64,000 bases of DNA from an uncultured Candidatus Saccharibacteria bacterium (GTDB taxonomy: Bacteria; Patescibacteriota; Minisyncoccia; Phycocordibacterales; UBA9973), in NCBI GenBank assembly GCA_964522195.1, contig CAZFSV010000003.1, positions 29,575-93,574 on the forward strand, given 5' to 3'. Both the position numbers and the translations under genes were made by a program. Each line of letters opens with the position of its first letter. The first letter of the stretch is position 1. A model generated the notes under the pieces. The model did not search any database. It worked only from the letters and a program-made list of their open reading frames with translations, and had not been told where the DNA came from. Shown here one piece after another: positions 1 to 9,363 of the stretch.

Positions 1-1768
1 TGCTTATGGTGCTAAAGATATTTTACACGCTTATTCTTCTGGTCGTGGAGGTGTTGTTTGTCGTGGAGAAGCGGAAATAGTAGAACAAAAAGGAGGAATG
101 TATCAAATAATAATTACTTCTATTCCTTATAGAGTGAATAAAGCAAATTTAATCACAAGTATTGCTGAATTAGTTCAAGAGAAAAAGTTAGATGGTATCA
201 AAGGTCTTCGTGATGAATCAACAAAAGATATACGTATAGTTATAGATTTAAAATCTGGAGCTTATCCTGAAAAAGTTTTAAATTATATTTATAAAAATAC
301 TCAGTTAGAATCAAATTTTAATTTCAATATGCTTGCTTTGGTTGACGGAGTACCTCAAACATTGTCTTTGCATTCTATACTAGATAATTTTATTTCTCAT
401 AGAAAAGAAGTAGTTATTCGTCGTAGTCAATATGATTTACGAAAAGCCGAGGAAAGAGAACATATACTTTTAGGTCTTAAAAAAGCTTTAGATAAAATCG
501 ATAGAGTTATTACCATTATTCGTTCCTCTAAAGATAGTGCGACGGCAAAGGTAAATTTAATTAAAGAGTTTAAATTTTCAGACTTGCAAGCTACTGCAAT
601 TTTAGAAATGAAATTAGCAAAACTTGCAGGACTTGAAAGAAAAGCAATTGAAGATGAGTTGAAAGTAAAACAAGATTTTATTGCAGAAATGAAAGATTTA
701 CTTGCAAGCCCTAAGAAAATTTTGAAAGTTATTTCAACTGAATTAAAAGAGATTACTGATAAGTATAGGGATGAAAGAAGAACAAAAGTAGTAAAAGGTG
801 GAGTAAAAGAAATTAATGAGGAAGATTTAATTCCAGAAGAAGAAACTGTGTTGGTTTATACCTCTGGAGGATATGTTAAAAGAACAGACCCAAAAGAATA
901 TCATTCTCAAAAAAGAGGTGGTGTAGGGGTTATTGATCTTGAAACTAAAGAAGAAGATTTTGTAACTTTGCTTATAAATGGATCAACTCATGATGACTTA
1001 CTCTTTTTTACTAATTTAGGTAAAGCATATAGTATCAAAATGTATGATATTCCTGTAGGACGTAGAGCAACTAAAGGTAAATCTATTATGAATTTCTTAG
1101 CTCTCTCTTCTGAAGAGAAAGTAACATCTATTTTACCTACACCAAAAGCAAATGACAAAGACTCTTCTTTGATGCTTGTGACTCAAAACGGTACAGCAAA
1201 AAAGATGGCATCAGCAAGTTTTAAAGATGTCAGAAGGAGTGGTATTATTGCAATTAAGCTTGATAAAGATGATAGTCTAGTTTCTGCTTTTATTACTAAA
1301 AAAGGTGATAGTGTTATAGTTGCTACAGGCGAAGGTCAGTCTATTAGATTCAAAGAGTCAGATATCAGAGAAATGGGTAGAACAGCAGGAGGAGTAAGAG
1401 CTATTAAATTAGATAAAAAAGATGAAGTTATTAGCGTAGATGTTATTTTGAAAGAAATGGGAGATAAAGGATTTTTCTTAACGATGAGTGCAAATGGTTT
1501 AGGTAAAAAGACTTCACTTTCAGAATATAAAATTCAAAATAGAGGAGGATCTGGAATTAAAACAGCAAAAATAACTCCTAAAACTGGTAAATTAATTGTT
1601 GCAAAAGTAATAGGAGACGAACATGAAGAATTAATTGCTATGTCTAAAAAAGGACAAGTTATTCGTACAGCACTTAAAGATATTCCAGATCTTGGTCGCC
1701 AAACTCAAGGAGTTACAATTATGAGACTTAAAGGTGGAGACGGAATAGCATCACTTACTTGTTTTTAA
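1..1768 (+). CDS. gyrA: DNA gyrase subunit A, C-terminal part (5' end lies upstream of the window)
   Basis: The reading frame is open from base 2 (AYGAKDILHAYSSGRGGVVCRGEAEIVEQ...). There are six beta-pinwheel blades with repeated GG/KG motifs and a GyrA-box-like QKRGGVG. It ends at 1768 and is followed by a terminator hairpin. Confidence 0.8.
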   Translation, partial: AYGAKDILHAYSSGRGGVVCRGEAEIVEQKGGMYQIIITSIPYRVNKANLITSIAELVQEKKLDGIKGLRDESTKDIRIVIDLKSGAYPEKVLNYIYKNTQLESNFNFNMLALVDGVPQTLSLHSILDNFISHRKEVVIRRSQYDLRKAEEREHILLGLKKALDKIDRVITIIRSSKDSATAKVNLIKEFKFSDLQATAILEMKLAKLAGLERKAIEDELKVKQDFIAEMKDLLASPKKILKVISTELKEITDKYRDERRTKVVKGGVKEINEEDLIPEEETVLVYTSGGYVKRTDPKEYHSQKRGGVGVIDLETKEEDFVTLLINGSTHDDLLFFTNLGKAYSIKMYDIPVGRRATKGKSIMNFLALSSEEKVTSILPTPKANDKDSSLMLVTQNGTAKKMASASFKDVRRSGIIAIKLDKDDSLVSAFITKKGDSVIVATGEGQSIRFKESDIREMGRTAGGVRAIKLDKKDEVISVDVILKEMGDKGFFLTMSANGLGKKTSLSEYKIQNRGGSGIKTAKITPKTGKLIVAKVIGDEHEELIAMSKKGQVIRTALKDIPDLGRQTQGVTIMRLKGGDGIASLTCF

Positions 1769-1774
1769 AAAAAT

Positions 1775-1803
1775 AAACCGAAGAAATTCGGTTTATTTTT
1801 TTA
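1775..1803 (+). terminator. intrinsic terminator after gyrA
   Basis: aaaccgaa-gaaa-ttcggttt hairpin followed by a T-run. Confidence 0.6.
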
Positions 1804-1845
1804 AAAAACTTTATTTTTATTTTCTAAAAGTGTTATAATTATATT

Positions 1846-2379
1846 GTGTTTATAAAACCTGAAGAAATTTTAAAATATTTAGATTTACATAAAGATATGG
1901 TCTTAGTTGATTTAGGAGCTGGGACTGGATTTTATTCTATTTTAGCAGCAAAATTTTTACCTGAAGGTACAGTTTATGCTATTGATATAAATAATGATTT
2001 TCTAAAAACCATTAATCAGAAAGCTCGAGATTTACACTTAGATAATATTAGAACAGTGGTAGGGGATTTAGAGGAATCTTATGGTAGTAAATTAAACGAC
2101 AATATTGCTGATAAAATAATTATTTCAAATATGTTTTTTCATATTAAAAATAAAGAAATTTTTTTTAAAGAAATAAATCGTATTTTAAAAAAAGGAGGAC
2201 AGGTATTGTTTGTTGATTATCATCCTAACTCATTAATTTTCGGTAAATTACATAAAAATCTTTTGCCAAAAGAAGAAATAATGGATTTGTTTCAAAAAAA
2301 TCATTTTTCTTTTAATAAAGAAATTTTTGCAGGAGAGCATCATTATGCTATTATTTTTAATAAGGATTTTAAAATATGA
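1846..2379 (+). CDS. class I SAM-dependent methyltransferase
   Basis: VLVDLGAGTGFYS glycine-rich SAM-binding motif. It uses a GTG start just after a TGTTATAAT extended -10 (possibly leaderless). Its stop overlaps the start of the next gene. Confidence 0.6.
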   Translation: MFIKPEEILKYLDLHKDMVLVDLGAGTGFYSILAAKFLPEGTVYAIDINNDFLKTINQKARDLHLDNIRTVVGDLEESYGSKLNDNIADKIIISNMFFHIKNKEIFFKEINRILKKGGQVLFVDYHPNSLIFGKLHKNLLPKEEIMDLFQKNHFSFNKEIFAGEHHYAIIFNKDFKI

Positions 2380-3665
2380 AAAATTTTCAATTAGTTTTAG
2401 TTATAATTTTTATTTTTGGTGGAATTTTAGGAATTTTAGTTTTTGCTGGTTTTATAAATTTAGATGATACTGCTGTAAATAAACAATTTTCTGGAACTGT
2501 TAAGGTTTGGGGTAGTATTCCTGGTTCAGTTATGGCACCTTTAATTGAAGATCTTAATAAAAATAAAACTTATAATATTAATTACTATTTTATAAACCCT
2601 AATACTTTTAATGAAGAATTACTTGAAGCTATTGCTTTGGGTCAAGGTCCAGATTTATTTTTAGTTTCTAATGATTCTATTTATGAACATATTAATAAAA
2701 TTTCAGTAATACCTTATACTAATTATCCTTTAGTAAACTTTAAAAATAATTTCGTGCAAGCAAGTGATGTTTTTTTAGTTAATGAAGGTGCGCTCGCTCT
2801 ACCTTTAGTTGTTGACCCATTAGTTCTTTACTATAATAGAAGTATTTTAGACTCAAATGGTACAGTTTTTCCACCTTATTTTTGGGAAGATTTAGAGGAT
2901 TATTCAGAAAAATTTACTAAAAAAGATGAAGCAGGACAAATAGAAAGGAGTGCTTTTGCTTTAGGTGTTTTCGATAACATCAATCACTCAAAAGATATTT
3001 TGTCGGCTATGTTTCTACAAACAGGTAATCCTATAATTCAAAAAGCAAAATACCTGTTTGAAAGTGTTTTGATTGCTAATTTAGATAACCAGAATAACAC
3101 AGCTCAAGCACTAGATTTTTATACAAGCTTTTCTAATCCTTTGAAGGATAATTATTCTTGGAATAAATCTTTTCCGAATTCGCTCGATATGTTTAGTAAA
3201 GAAGATTTAGTTTTTTATTTTGGTTTAGCAAGTGATTTTAAAATTTTAATAAATAAAAATCCAAATCAAAATTTTCAAATAGCAGAATTACCTCAATATA
3301 AAAACACTCAAAAAGCAACCTATGCTAAAGTTTTAGGGGTAGCTATGTCTAATTTCAGTAAGAATCAAGGGGCTGCATTTGATGCTATGTATTCTATGTC
3401 TGAGTCTAGCTTTGTAGGTCAAATTAGTAAAATAGAGAATTTGCCACCTGCCCGTAGAGATTTATTAAATCAAGGTTCTGCGAATTCGTATTTACCAGTA
3501 TTTTATTCTTCGGCTTTGTTCGCTAAAAGTTGGCTAGATCCTTCTTTTAGAGATACAAATATTGTTTTTAGGGCTATGGTTGATCAGGTTTTATCTAATG
3601 AAAGAGATGCAATTGAATCAATTACTGCAGCAAATAATCGTATTAATATTTTATTTAGAAATTAA
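2376..3665 (+). CDS. membrane-anchored extracellular solute-binding-protein-like protein (SBP family 1-like)
   Basis: An N-terminal TM/signal anchor is followed by a periplasmic-binding-protein-like pattern (VKVWGS...PDLFLV...YYNRSIL...TWEDL). No ABC permease or ATPase lies adjacent. Confidence 0.35.
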   Translation: MKNFQLVLVIIFIFGGILGILVFAGFINLDDTAVNKQFSGTVKVWGSIPGSVMAPLIEDLNKNKTYNINYYFINPNTFNEELLEAIALGQGPDLFLVSNDSIYEHINKISVIPYTNYPLVNFKNNFVQASDVFLVNEGALALPLVVDPLVLYYNRSILDSNGTVFPPYFWEDLEDYSEKFTKKDEAGQIERSAFALGVFDNINHSKDILSAMFLQTGNPIIQKAKYLFESVLIANLDNQNNTAQALDFYTSFSNPLKDNYSWNKSFPNSLDMFSKEDLVFYFGLASDFKILINKNPNQNFQIAELPQYKNTQKATYAKVLGVAMSNFSKNQGAAFDAMYSMSESSFVGQISKIENLPPARRDLLNQGSANSYLPVFYSSALFAKSWLDPSFRDTNIVFRAMVDQVLSNERDAIESITAANNRINILFRN

Positions 3666-3668
3666 ATT

Positions 3669-4028
3669 ATGAAATTTATAACAACTTTTTTATTCATCTT
3701 TATTTTACCAATTACTAGTTTTGGAGCTGGTTTAGTATCTTGTGATGGGGTTACAGTAAAATGTGACTATGATGCTTTTATTGAATTAGTTAATAATGTT
3801 ATAAAATTTATCATGGTTAATCTAGCCTTACCTTTAGCTGCTATTGCTTTTGCTTATGCAGGATTTTTATTTTTAACTTCAGCTGAAAATCCAGGTCAAA
3901 GAACTCAAGCTAAAAGTATATTTACAAATGTACTTATTGGTCTTTTGTTAATTGGAACCGCTTTCCTTTTAGTAAAATTAGTCTTAGAGATTTTAAAATA
4001 CAAAAACGCTGGATCTCTTGGTTTTTAG
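3669..4028 (+). CDS. small secreted two-TM protein, VirB2/TrbC-pilin-like topology (subfamily A)
   Basis: Signal peptide, then two hydrophobic helices separated by ENPGQRTQAK. The motif Y.GF.F.T...NP.....AK....VIG is shared with the next gene. Confidence 0.45.
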   Translation: MKFITTFLFIFILPITSFGAGLVSCDGVTVKCDYDAFIELVNNVIKFIMVNLALPLAAIAFAYAGFLFLTSAENPGQRTQAKSIFTNVLIGLLLIGTAFLLVKLVLEILKYKNAGSLGF

Positions 4029-4052
4029 AATTAAAATAGTTATAATTTATAT

Positions 4053-4427
4053 ATGAAAAATTTATTTATTAAAAATTTGCAAAAATATTTCTTGATTTTT
4101 ACTTTCTTGCTTTTACCTTTAGTTTCTTTAGCTGATGGTACTCAGCCAAGTGGAGGAACCACAACCCTAAAAAATCCTTTAGAATATGAAACCATAAATG
4201 AATTTCTTAAAGCCATAGTTGAAGGTGTACTTAAATTAGGTATTCCTATTATTGTGCTTGCTATTATTTATTCTGGATTTTTATTTGTGACTGCTTTAGG
4301 TAATCCAACTAAATTAGAGAAAGCAAAAGAAGCCTTTCTTTATACAGTTATAGGCGCAGCTATTCTTCTGGGGTCTTGGGGCCTTGCTCAATTAATATCA
4401 GAAACAATTATTCAAATTAGTAAATAA
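4053..4427 (+). CDS. small secreted two-TM protein, VirB2/TrbC-pilin-like (subfamily A paralog)
   Basis: Same topology and motif as 3669..4028 (IYSGFLFVTALGNPTKLEKAKEAFLYTVIG). Confidence 0.45.
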   Translation: MKNLFIKNLQKYFLIFTFLLLPLVSLADGTQPSGGTTTLKNPLEYETINEFLKAIVEGVLKLGIPIIVLAIIYSGFLFVTALGNPTKLEKAKEAFLYTVIGAAILLGSWGLAQLISETIIQISK

Positions 4428-4442
4428 TTATATATAAAAAAT

Positions 4443-4901
4443 ATGAAAAACCTTAAATACAAATTTATAAATCTAGCTTTTATTCTTTTGTTTAGTGTTA
4501 TGCCTTTGATGTCTTTCGCTCAATTAGGTACTGATCTAGGGGCTGATGATAATGTTGATTATTATAATGGTAATACCTCACCTTCCTCATCTTCTTCTAG
4601 TAATTTGAGTTGCTCTGTTGGTCAAGAACCTACAATAGCTAGTATTTTTGATTATATGCTTTGTATTATAAACCGATCTATAATTCCTTTAATATTCGGC
4701 TTAGCTACTTTATTATTCATTTGGGGTGTAGTTAAATTTGTATTAAATACAGATAATGAAAGTGAAAGAGAAAAAGGTAAGGAATTCATGATTTGGGGAA
4801 TTATAGCTCTTACAGTCATGATAACTGTTTGGGGAATTGTAAATTTGCTTGGTAGTAGTTTTGGCTTAGATACAAAATATATACCATCCGTAAAACCTTA
4901 A
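4443..4901 (+). CDS. small secreted two-TM protein, VirB2/TrbC-pilin-like (subfamily B)
   Basis: Signal peptide, a variable Ser-rich N-region and a conserved C-terminal module IIPLIFG...WGVVKF..N.DNESEREKGKEFMIWGIIALTVMITVWGIVN. Bases 4758..4840 are identical to 5158..5240. Confidence 0.45.
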   Translation: MKNLKYKFINLAFILLFSVMPLMSFAQLGTDLGADDNVDYYNGNTSPSSSSSSNLSCSVGQEPTIASIFDYMLCIINRSIIPLIFGLATLLFIWGVVKFVLNTDNESEREKGKEFMIWGIIALTVMITVWGIVNLLGSSFGLDTKYIPSVKP

Positions 4902-4905
4902 TTGT

Positions 4906-5301
4906 ATGAAAAATTTTAAATATAAATTTTTAAATGTTTTATTTATAGCCTTACTTTTGTTTACTGATAATATTGCTTTTGCTCAAAATTCTAATAACTC
5001 TTGTTCTGTTTCTAAAGCAGGAGCAAAAACAACTTTTAAGAGTTTATTAGAATATTTTACTTGTATTATTAATTCCTCTATTATTCCTTTTTTATTTGCT
5101 ATTGCTATTATTGCTTTTCTGTGGGGTGTAGTCCAGTTTTTCTTAAATGGAGAGAACGAAAGTGAAAGAGAAAAAGGTAAGGAATTCATGATTTGGGGAA
5201 TTATAGCTCTTACAGTCATGATAACTGTTTGGGGAATTGTGGCTATTGTGGGAGGAAGTTTTGGCTTTGAGGTTGATGTTATTCCACAGGTGGGTCTATA
5301 A
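4906..5301 (+). CDS. small secreted two-TM protein, VirB2/TrbC-pilin-like (subfamily B paralog)
   Basis: Shares an 83-nt perfect identity with the previous gene across the C-terminal TM module. Confidence 0.45.
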   Translation: MKNFKYKFLNVLFIALLLFTDNIAFAQNSNNSCSVSKAGAKTTFKSLLEYFTCIINSSIIPFLFAIAIIAFLWGVVQFFLNGENESEREKGKEFMIWGIIALTVMITVWGIVAIVGGSFGFEVDVIPQVGL

Positions 5302-5442
5302 ATTGCTTTATTTTAAATAACCCTATGATATAATTTAATTAACCTAGTATTTAGGAAATAGAAAAGGTCGATATTCAAAAATAAATAAAATTAAAAATTA
5401 TCAGTTAATTTCTTTAAAAAGAAATAAATTTAAATAAAAAAT

Positions 5443-5880
5443 ATGAAGAAAAAATTAATTAGTTTAGGTTTAGTAACAAGTTTAGTTTTAATGTTTGCAA
5501 TGTTTGCTTTACCAGTTGCTACTACTTTTGCGCAAGCACAACAAAATGTTGAAGGAGATTGTGCTTCTATAAATGAAGCTAACCCTTTGCAAGTTTTCTT
5601 GTGTAGAATTGCATTGCTTCTAAACTCAGCAATACCTGTTATGATTACTCTTGCTGTAGTTTACTTTATTTGGGGTGTTATTACTTATGTTATTGCTGAA
5701 GAAGAAGAAGCTAAAACAAAAGGTAGAGATAAAATGATTTGGGGTATTATAGGACTTGCTGTTATCGTTTCTGTTTGGGGTCTTGTGAATTTCTTGAAAG
5801 GTTTCGTTGGAATCGGAGATTCTAATGTTGTTAATATTCCTTGTATTCCAGGTCCAGGTATTACTTGTCCACAACAATAA
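5443..5880 (+). CDS. small secreted two-TM protein, subfamily B paralog
   Basis: Signal peptide plus the ...KGRDKMIWGIIGLAVIVSVWGLVNFL module. Confidence 0.4.
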   Translation: MKKKLISLGLVTSLVLMFAMFALPVATTFAQAQQNVEGDCASINEANPLQVFLCRIALLLNSAIPVMITLAVVYFIWGVITYVIAEEEEAKTKGRDKMIWGIIGLAVIVSVWGLVNFLKGFVGIGDSNVVNIPCIPGPGITCPQQ

Positions 5881-5887
5881 ACTTAAA

Positions 5888-6220
5888 ATGTATTTACTTT
5901 TATTTTTATTACCAAATATTGCCCTAGCTTCATTTGATTCATTTTTAAATAATGTAAATAATTTAATAGTGAATCCATTGATAAATTTCTTGTTTGCAGT
6001 TGCTTTAGTTTTTTTCCTTTATGGATTGTTTAACTTTATAGCAAATGGAGATAATGAAAGTATTCGCACTGAAGGTAAAAGTCATATGCTATACGGAATT
6101 ATTGGTATGGTTATTATGATGGGGGTTTGGGGAATTACAAATTTACTTATCAATACTTTAGAAATTGAAGGTATTGATCCGGAAAAAGGTGAAGTAAATT
6201 TAGAGGATTTTCCAGAATAA
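5888..6220 (+). CDS. small secreted two-TM protein, subfamily B paralog
   Basis: ATG at 5888 (MYLLLFLLPNIALASF...). The track's 5807 start overlaps the previous gene in another frame. It carries the ...NESIRTEGKSHMLYGIIGMVIMMGVWGITNLL module. Confidence 0.4.
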   Translation: MYLLLFLLPNIALASFDSFLNNVNNLIVNPLINFLFAVALVFFLYGLFNFIANGDNESIRTEGKSHMLYGIIGMVIMMGVWGITNLLINTLEIEGIDPEKGEVNLEDFPE

Positions 6221-6226
6221 AAATAA

Positions 6227-6262
6227 ACTAAAAACTCTCTTTTCAGAGAGTTTTTAGTTTGT
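6227..6262 (+). terminator. intrinsic terminator after the pilin-like array
   Basis: aaaaactctct-tttc-agagagttttt hairpin plus a T-run. Confidence 0.55.
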
Positions 6263-6281
6263 GGATTTTAATATAAAAATA

Positions 6282-6318
6282 AAAAAAGGTTTCGCTTAAG
6301 CGAAACCTTTTTGGGTTT
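6282..6318. terminator. bidirectional terminator hairpin
   Basis: aaaaaaggtttcgc-ttaa-gcgaaacctttttgg. It serves the + array and the convergent minus-strand operon. Confidence 0.55.
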
Positions 6319-6929
6319 TAATAATAAACAATTTCCACCGCTGTTGTGTTATCGTTTATTTTTTCAAAAATGTACTTATTTGTACCAAATTTTTTAGGGT
6401 AGTAATTATCTACCCCGGGGCAATCTTCCTTTGGTTGTTCTCCGGGAGCTGTATATAATACACAGCCACCTTTTGGATAAAATTTGAATGGTGGAGTAAG
6501 GTCTTTTTCAATAATCTTACTATTACCAAAATACAAATACTCACTCCGAGGTCTTTGTGAAATATTTTGATTATTAGTTTTTGTTGTGTCATTTTTCAAA
6601 GAATTTTTAATATCATTTCCTTTGAAATAGATTATTAAAAAAAAGAAACAACTAAGATATAAAGCCCAAGCATAGTCCCATTTCCAAATGTATTGGAACA
6701 GAGAAAGAATTACCATAAAAATCAACACAAACCATAATTCCCACATTTTCTCTGGTCCAATTATGTAATACAGCAAACCAAACCAAAATGTGTTCCACAT
6801 CATGGCCGAAAAAAGCATTTGGATATCGTATTTTTTTACTCCACCTGTATTTAAATTTTGATTTTTTAAAAAAGCAAAATAAATAATTACAAGTAGTACA
6901 AGAATACTTATTCCTAAAAAAATTTCCAT
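6318..6929 (-). CDS. hypothetical polytopic membrane protein
   Basis: Several TM helices followed by a Cys-containing soluble tail. It sits downstream of the SPFH gene, so it could be an NfeD-like partner. Confidence 0.3.
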   Translation of the reverse strand: MEIFLGISILVLLVIIYFAFLKNQNLNTGGVKKYDIQMLFSAMMWNTFWFGLLYYIIGPEKMWELWFVLIFMVILSLFQYIWKWDYAWALYLSCFFFLIIYFKGNDIKNSLKNDTTKTNNQNISQRPRSEYLYFGNSKIIEKDLTPPFKFYPKGGCVLYTAPGEQPKEDCPGVDNYYPKKFGTNKYIFEKINDNTTAVEIVYY

Positions 6930-6955
6930 TTTTTTTGTTTTTAAAAGTTAAAGAA

Positions 6956-7876
6956 TTAGATACCAATATTGGTATTTGTGTTTCCTAAAACCAAAGTCCC
7001 TTGATGTTTTTCAATTCCCTGACTTTGTTTTAAACTCATAACAGCTGCCAAAATCTCTTTTGGATTTGCTCCTGTTTTTTGTAATCTATCAATCAAAGAA
7101 TCTATTTCAGCCACCGCTTGCTTACTTCTGTAGTTAGCATCCGCATCCGCATCAATTCTACGAGCTTCTGCGCGTAAATCCGCTATGGCTTTTGCATTAG
7201 CTGCCTCCAGTAAAGCGTTATCAGCACTATATTCACTGATATTAAAAGCAGTTGCAATTGCTCCCGTGTTTAATTTCAAAATTTCATTAAGTTTACTTAA
7301 GTCTCCTGAAATAGGGTCATTAAGTAAATTTTTGAAAAAATTAGATCCTTCACCTTTGTCTTCATTAATAAATTCAGTTAAATTGTCAATGTTTTTAACC
7401 AAATCATTAACCTTTGAGGAAATTATAGTTATTAAAGCCCTGTAATTACCTTTTAAGTTAAAAACAAATATTTTAGGTTCTTCAAATTTTAAAATCACGT
7501 TTACTAAAAGACTAATTTTTGTTCTGTCTTTTAGCTCTACGTCGCTCATTAAGATCGGCAGTGTTACAATCTTGCGAAGAGTGCCTGTTTCAAAGTTTTC
7601 TTCGTGAGAAATCCAGGTCTTTGGATCTTCTGGTTTTCTGTCCGGATTTAGCTTATATTTGTTTATCACAAAATTATGAACTTTGTGAATAAACCTAAAG
7701 CCAACCCAATAATACCCAAAAATATGGAAATGTTTATTAGGGTCGTCACCATCTATTGTTTTTACCCAGGTTTCTCCTTGAACTATAAACTTATAGTTGC
7801 CGGATTCAACTGTAGTGAAATTGTAGGACATGATTGCAAGAATTAAAATCCAAATACAAATAATTGTTAGTGTCAT
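6956..7876 (-). CDS. SPFH/band-7 (stomatin/prohibitin-like) domain membrane protein
   Basis: N-terminal TM. The core VELKDRTKISLLVNVILKFEEPKIFVFNLKGNYRALITIISSKVNDL fits the SPFH pattern V.TKD..V.VD.VV.YRV.DP. A C-terminal coiled coil (AIADLRAEARRIDADA) is present. Confidence 0.5.
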   Translation of the reverse strand: MTLTIICIWILILAIMSYNFTTVESGNYKFIVQGETWVKTIDGDDPNKHFHIFGYYWVGFRFIHKVHNFVINKYKLNPDRKPEDPKTWISHEENFETGTLRKIVTLPILMSDVELKDRTKISLLVNVILKFEEPKIFVFNLKGNYRALITIISSKVNDLVKNIDNLTEFINEDKGEGSNFFKNLLNDPISGDLSKLNEILKLNTGAIATAFNISEYSADNALLEAANAKAIADLRAEARRIDADADANYRSKQAVAEIDSLIDRLQKTGANPKEILAAVMSLKQSQGIEKHQGTLVLGNTNTNIGI

Positions 7877-8018
7877 TTTTTAAAATTTTAAAAAGTTAAT
7901 AAATAGTTTTTGGAAGAATAGAATAGGGAATTATTCCGCCGAAAACTATTTATTAACTTAAAAATCTCTTTGTCAAAGTACTATTTTCTTTGTATATAAT
8001 ATCATAAAATAACAAAAA

Positions 8019-8048
8019 AGTCAATCTTTTTGATTGACTTTTTTGTGT
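8019..8048. terminator. terminator for the minus-strand gene 8066..8905
   Basis: aaaaaagtcaatc-ttttt-gattgactttttt, a perfect 13-bp palindrome flanked by A/T runs. Confidence 0.6.
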
Positions 8049-8065
8049 TTAATTATAATTATTTA

Positions 8066-8905
8066 TTAAGCGTGTTTTAGAGGTTGATTGATTTCTCTTT
8101 CTGTTACCCAGAGTTTTCTGAAAAGTAATACTCCTAAGAATACAAGAACGAAAAGCATTAACCATCCAAGGAAACTATCAGGCATAAAACCTTTCACACT
8201 ACTTGATACACTTGCTGTTAATTTTGTATTTGAATCATTATCATTTGTAGTCGCAGATGCTAAACAATTAGTATTTTCTGCTACAGCTACTTTTTTAGGT
8301 TCTTCTTTTTTAACGACTGTTTTTGCTGGTGTTTTCTTTGCTACTGTTGTGTTAGCTGTTTTTGTAGTACTTGCTTTTGTTGTTGTAGCACTTTTTACTG
8401 TTCCTGTTTTTCCTTCAAGTAAAGTTATGATTTTAGGATTTGAGAACACTCCACCTTCAGTACTCGGATTAACAACTGTCACAATATATTTTCCTGGTGT
8501 TTTAGTATCTCCACTATCAAGACGCATTTTTAATTGATTTGCACTTACAAAAGTAGTAGGGCGGTCTTGACTGTTAAAGCGTGCAATTGAGTCTGGTTTG
8601 AAACCTGTACCATAGATTGTAATAGTTTTTATATCATCCCCAGTGTAAGCTTCTTCTGGATTTATTGAATATATGGTAGGTACTTTGTTTTTGTCTAAAA
8701 CATTAGGATTAAAGTTTGAATTGTTATTTGTATTATTGCCTGTTGTGTTTATAGTACTAGTTCCATTACATGGTCCGTCACAATAAGTATAAGCTCCTAG
8801 TGTTAGATAAGCTTCAGCTGCAGTAGGAGAAAGAAAAGCTGAAAATACAAGGAAACCAAAAGCTAAAAATCCAAATATTAAATTGTTTGTATTTTTATTA
8901 TTCAT
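8066..8905 (-). CDS. surface-anchored protein with an IPT/TIG-like Ig domain
   Basis: Signal peptide, an IPT/TIG-like segment (PTIYSINPEEAYTGDDIKTITIYGTGFKPDSIARFN...YIVTVVNP), a Thr/Lys-rich linker and a C-terminal TM anchor. Confidence 0.45.
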   Translation of the reverse strand: MNNKNTNNLIFGFLAFGFLVFSAFLSPTAAEAYLTLGAYTYCDGPCNGTSTINTTGNNTNNNSNFNPNVLDKNKVPTIYSINPEEAYTGDDIKTITIYGTGFKPDSIARFNSQDRPTTFVSANQLKMRLDSGDTKTPGKYIVTVVNPSTEGGVFSNPKIITLLEGKTGTVKSATTTKASTTKTANTTVAKKTPAKTVVKKEEPKKVAVAENTNCLASATTNDNDSNTKLTASVSSSVKGFMPDSFLGWLMLFVLVFLGVLLFRKLWVTEREINQPLKHA

Positions 8906-8986
8906 ACCTATAGTATAGCATATTTAAATATATTTGTCAAGTCTTTGTTTTTTCTTATTTTTTATGTATAATTTCTTTATCCTTTT

Positions 8987-9068
8987 GCCTGAGTGGCGGA
9001 ATTGGTATACGCGCACGACTTAAAATCGTGTCTCGCAAGGGATGTGGGTTCGACCCCCACCTCAGGCA
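8987..9068 (+). tRNA. tRNA-Leu (anticodon TAA)
   Basis: Acceptor GCCTGAG/CTCAGGC, anticodon loop CTTAAAA, long variable arm, T-loop TTCGACC. Confidence 0.85.
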
Positions 9069-9167
9069 CAAAATATTAAATATTTTTAGGTATGCGCCCA
9101 TAGCTGTTTTGGTAGGTCGTTAGATAAATAGTAAAATAAAAGTTTAATTTAAAAATAAATATAATAT

Positions 9168-9240
9168 GCGCCCATAGCTCAGCTGGTAGAGCAGATCCCT
9201 CTTAAGGATAAGGTCCAAGGTTCGATCCCTTGTGGGCGCA
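9168..9240 (+). tRNA. tRNA-Lys (anticodon CTT)
   Basis: Acceptor GCGCCCA/TGGGCGC, D-arm TAGCTCAGCTGGTAGAGC, anticodon loop CTCTTAA, T-arm CAAGGTTCGATCCCTTG. Confidence 0.8.
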
Positions 9241-9345
9241 CAAAGCATGTTATGCTTTGTGCGAATAGCAGGCACGATTGATGCCGAGACGGGGTAGCGA
9301 GATTTTTCAGCAGAAAAATACTTGTGACTACAAAGTAATTATATA
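9241..9345 (+). repeat. tRNA-adjacent mini-element, copy 1 (after tRNA-Lys)
   Basis: A hairpin overlaps the tRNA 3' end (cgcacaaagcat-gtt-atgctttgtgcg). It is followed by atagcaggca...gccgagacggggtagcgagatttttcagcagaaaaatacttgtgac, which is about 80% identical to 9556..9605. Confidence 0.4.
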
Positions 9346-9363
9346 TGTTAGTATATAAATTTT

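Noticed and set aside
5807-5887. Track start at 5807 for the sixth pilin-like gene
   Set aside because: It overlaps the previous gene in a different frame. ATG at 5888 gives a normal signal peptide (MYLLLFLLPNIALASF).
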